Shown here: in pieces, positions 62,851-64,000 of the stretch | How positions within the stretch are numbered: position 1 is the stretch's first letter | How the letters are laid out: every line of letters starts with the position of its first letter | Origin: Azolla caroliniana | Taxonomy: Eukaryota > Plantae > Polypodiophyta | Assembly: GCA_043228905.1 (NCBI GenBank) | Contig: JBHGNT010000001.1 | Location: 1,674,001 to 1,738,000 of the forward strand | DNA length: 64,000 nucleotides | Reading direction: 5' to 3' | Program-made: the position numbers and the translations under genes | The notes under the pieces: generated by a model | Databases searched by the model: none | What the model saw: the letters and a program-made list of their open reading frames with translations, nothing else | Told to the model about the DNA's origin: nothing

Positions 62851-64000
62851 TACTATTTTCAGAGTGACACTGAGAGTAGATGACCGTCTATAAACTATGT
62901 GCATGTGTATCTCATTCCTACATCAACATGCCAACCTCTAAATTCCGTCTATGAACTACGGATAAACTAGAGACAGGCTCACAGATATGCAAACCATATA
63001 CCAAAGCTGCAATCATGTCAAGGTAAGCAAACAATTCATGGTTTCACATGCAAATACTCCCAGAGAAGGAAACAACAATGGAAAATGTGTTCAAAATTTT
63101 CATCCTAAGTTTCACCTGCTCATATTATGATTCATGATGGTTGCATCTTAGGGTTTGCTATATAGAAACATGGCACCGCAATATGATGACATTAGTTTAG
63201 AATCTTCTTCGTACTTGAAAAACAATTATGCCAATAACAAAAAACTTTTAGATTATCGATAGAATGGGTAAGGATAGATAAAAGACATTTACTGTAGGAA
63301 AAAAAGATGTTGTTTCGTATGCCAATGACAGCAACAAGAAAGAGAAAGGCATATTTTCACCTGCGAATGAAGAGTTGATGAGGCAGAAACTCTTTGTCAT
63401 CTGAAATCAATGATGGAAACCCACGCAGTGCAACTATTGTGTTGAGAGTAGAAAAAACGAACCTCCACCAGAATTGAGATCTTTTACATACTCTAAGTTC
63501 CTCAAGCTCCAAATTGATTCTTTTTTATAGAAAAAGATTAATATTCCTACATCACAGAAATGTTAACTCGTATTGTTAAGAAAATCAAAACTGAAACAAC
63601 TTAAACCACGTTAAATTCCAATCTATAATGCACACCTTTGTTCGTTCACATGTTGCAGGCATGCAATAATCATGTTGATTTTAATTCAATTGTCCATGTT
63701 TGCAGAAATAGTTCCTTTTTTTACGTACAATGAAATGCCATGCGTCTTAATAAAAGTGGACTTTAAAATTAAAATCTAAGCCACAATTCAAATTTTAGTT
63801 TTGACCACGTATTGCAATGATGCAAGAATTATGTTAGTTAAATATGTTTAAATAATGGAAAGATTAAACCAGGATTTACGTAGATCAAATATAGCAATAA
63901 TGCAGAAAATATTTGCATCAAACATTGCAATAACGCAAAATTTAGGTCGGCCAGATATTGAAAATTTCATGCGTGTATGTTACTTGATAATACAGACATC

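Overview
Eukaryotic nuclear DNA from a land plant, most likely a leptosporangiate fern. This is inferred from the fern-type PLS-PPR genes, a DYW:KP editing domain and a bacterial-type phenolic acid decarboxylase. The first 15.3 kb is a retrotransposon nest. A degenerate Copia element (<1-10186) is interrupted inside its RT by an intact, very young Copia on the minus strand (2802-8478; 781-bp LTRs, CCTCC TSD, tRNA-iMet PBS). Next comes a gag-only, pol-less LTR element (10477-15256; tRNA-Trp PBS, 4-bp TSD ACGC, microsatellite-bearing LTRs). The rest is gene-rich: an intronless phenolic acid decarboxylase; a foldback/MITE-like element; a PPR pseudogene; three intronless PLS-PPR genes, one ending in a KPAxA/HAE DYW:KP domain (candidate U-to-C RNA editase) and two apparently DYW-less relatives; a 9-exon DEAD-box helicase (RH1/DDX51); an ABCI17/STAR1 ATPase gene frameshifted by a 10-bp duplication in Walker A; a putative spliced microprotein gene; a chloroplast HSP70 with a six-unit heat-shock element; and MAT1. 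All exon structures and counts were read by eye, and no database searches were run.
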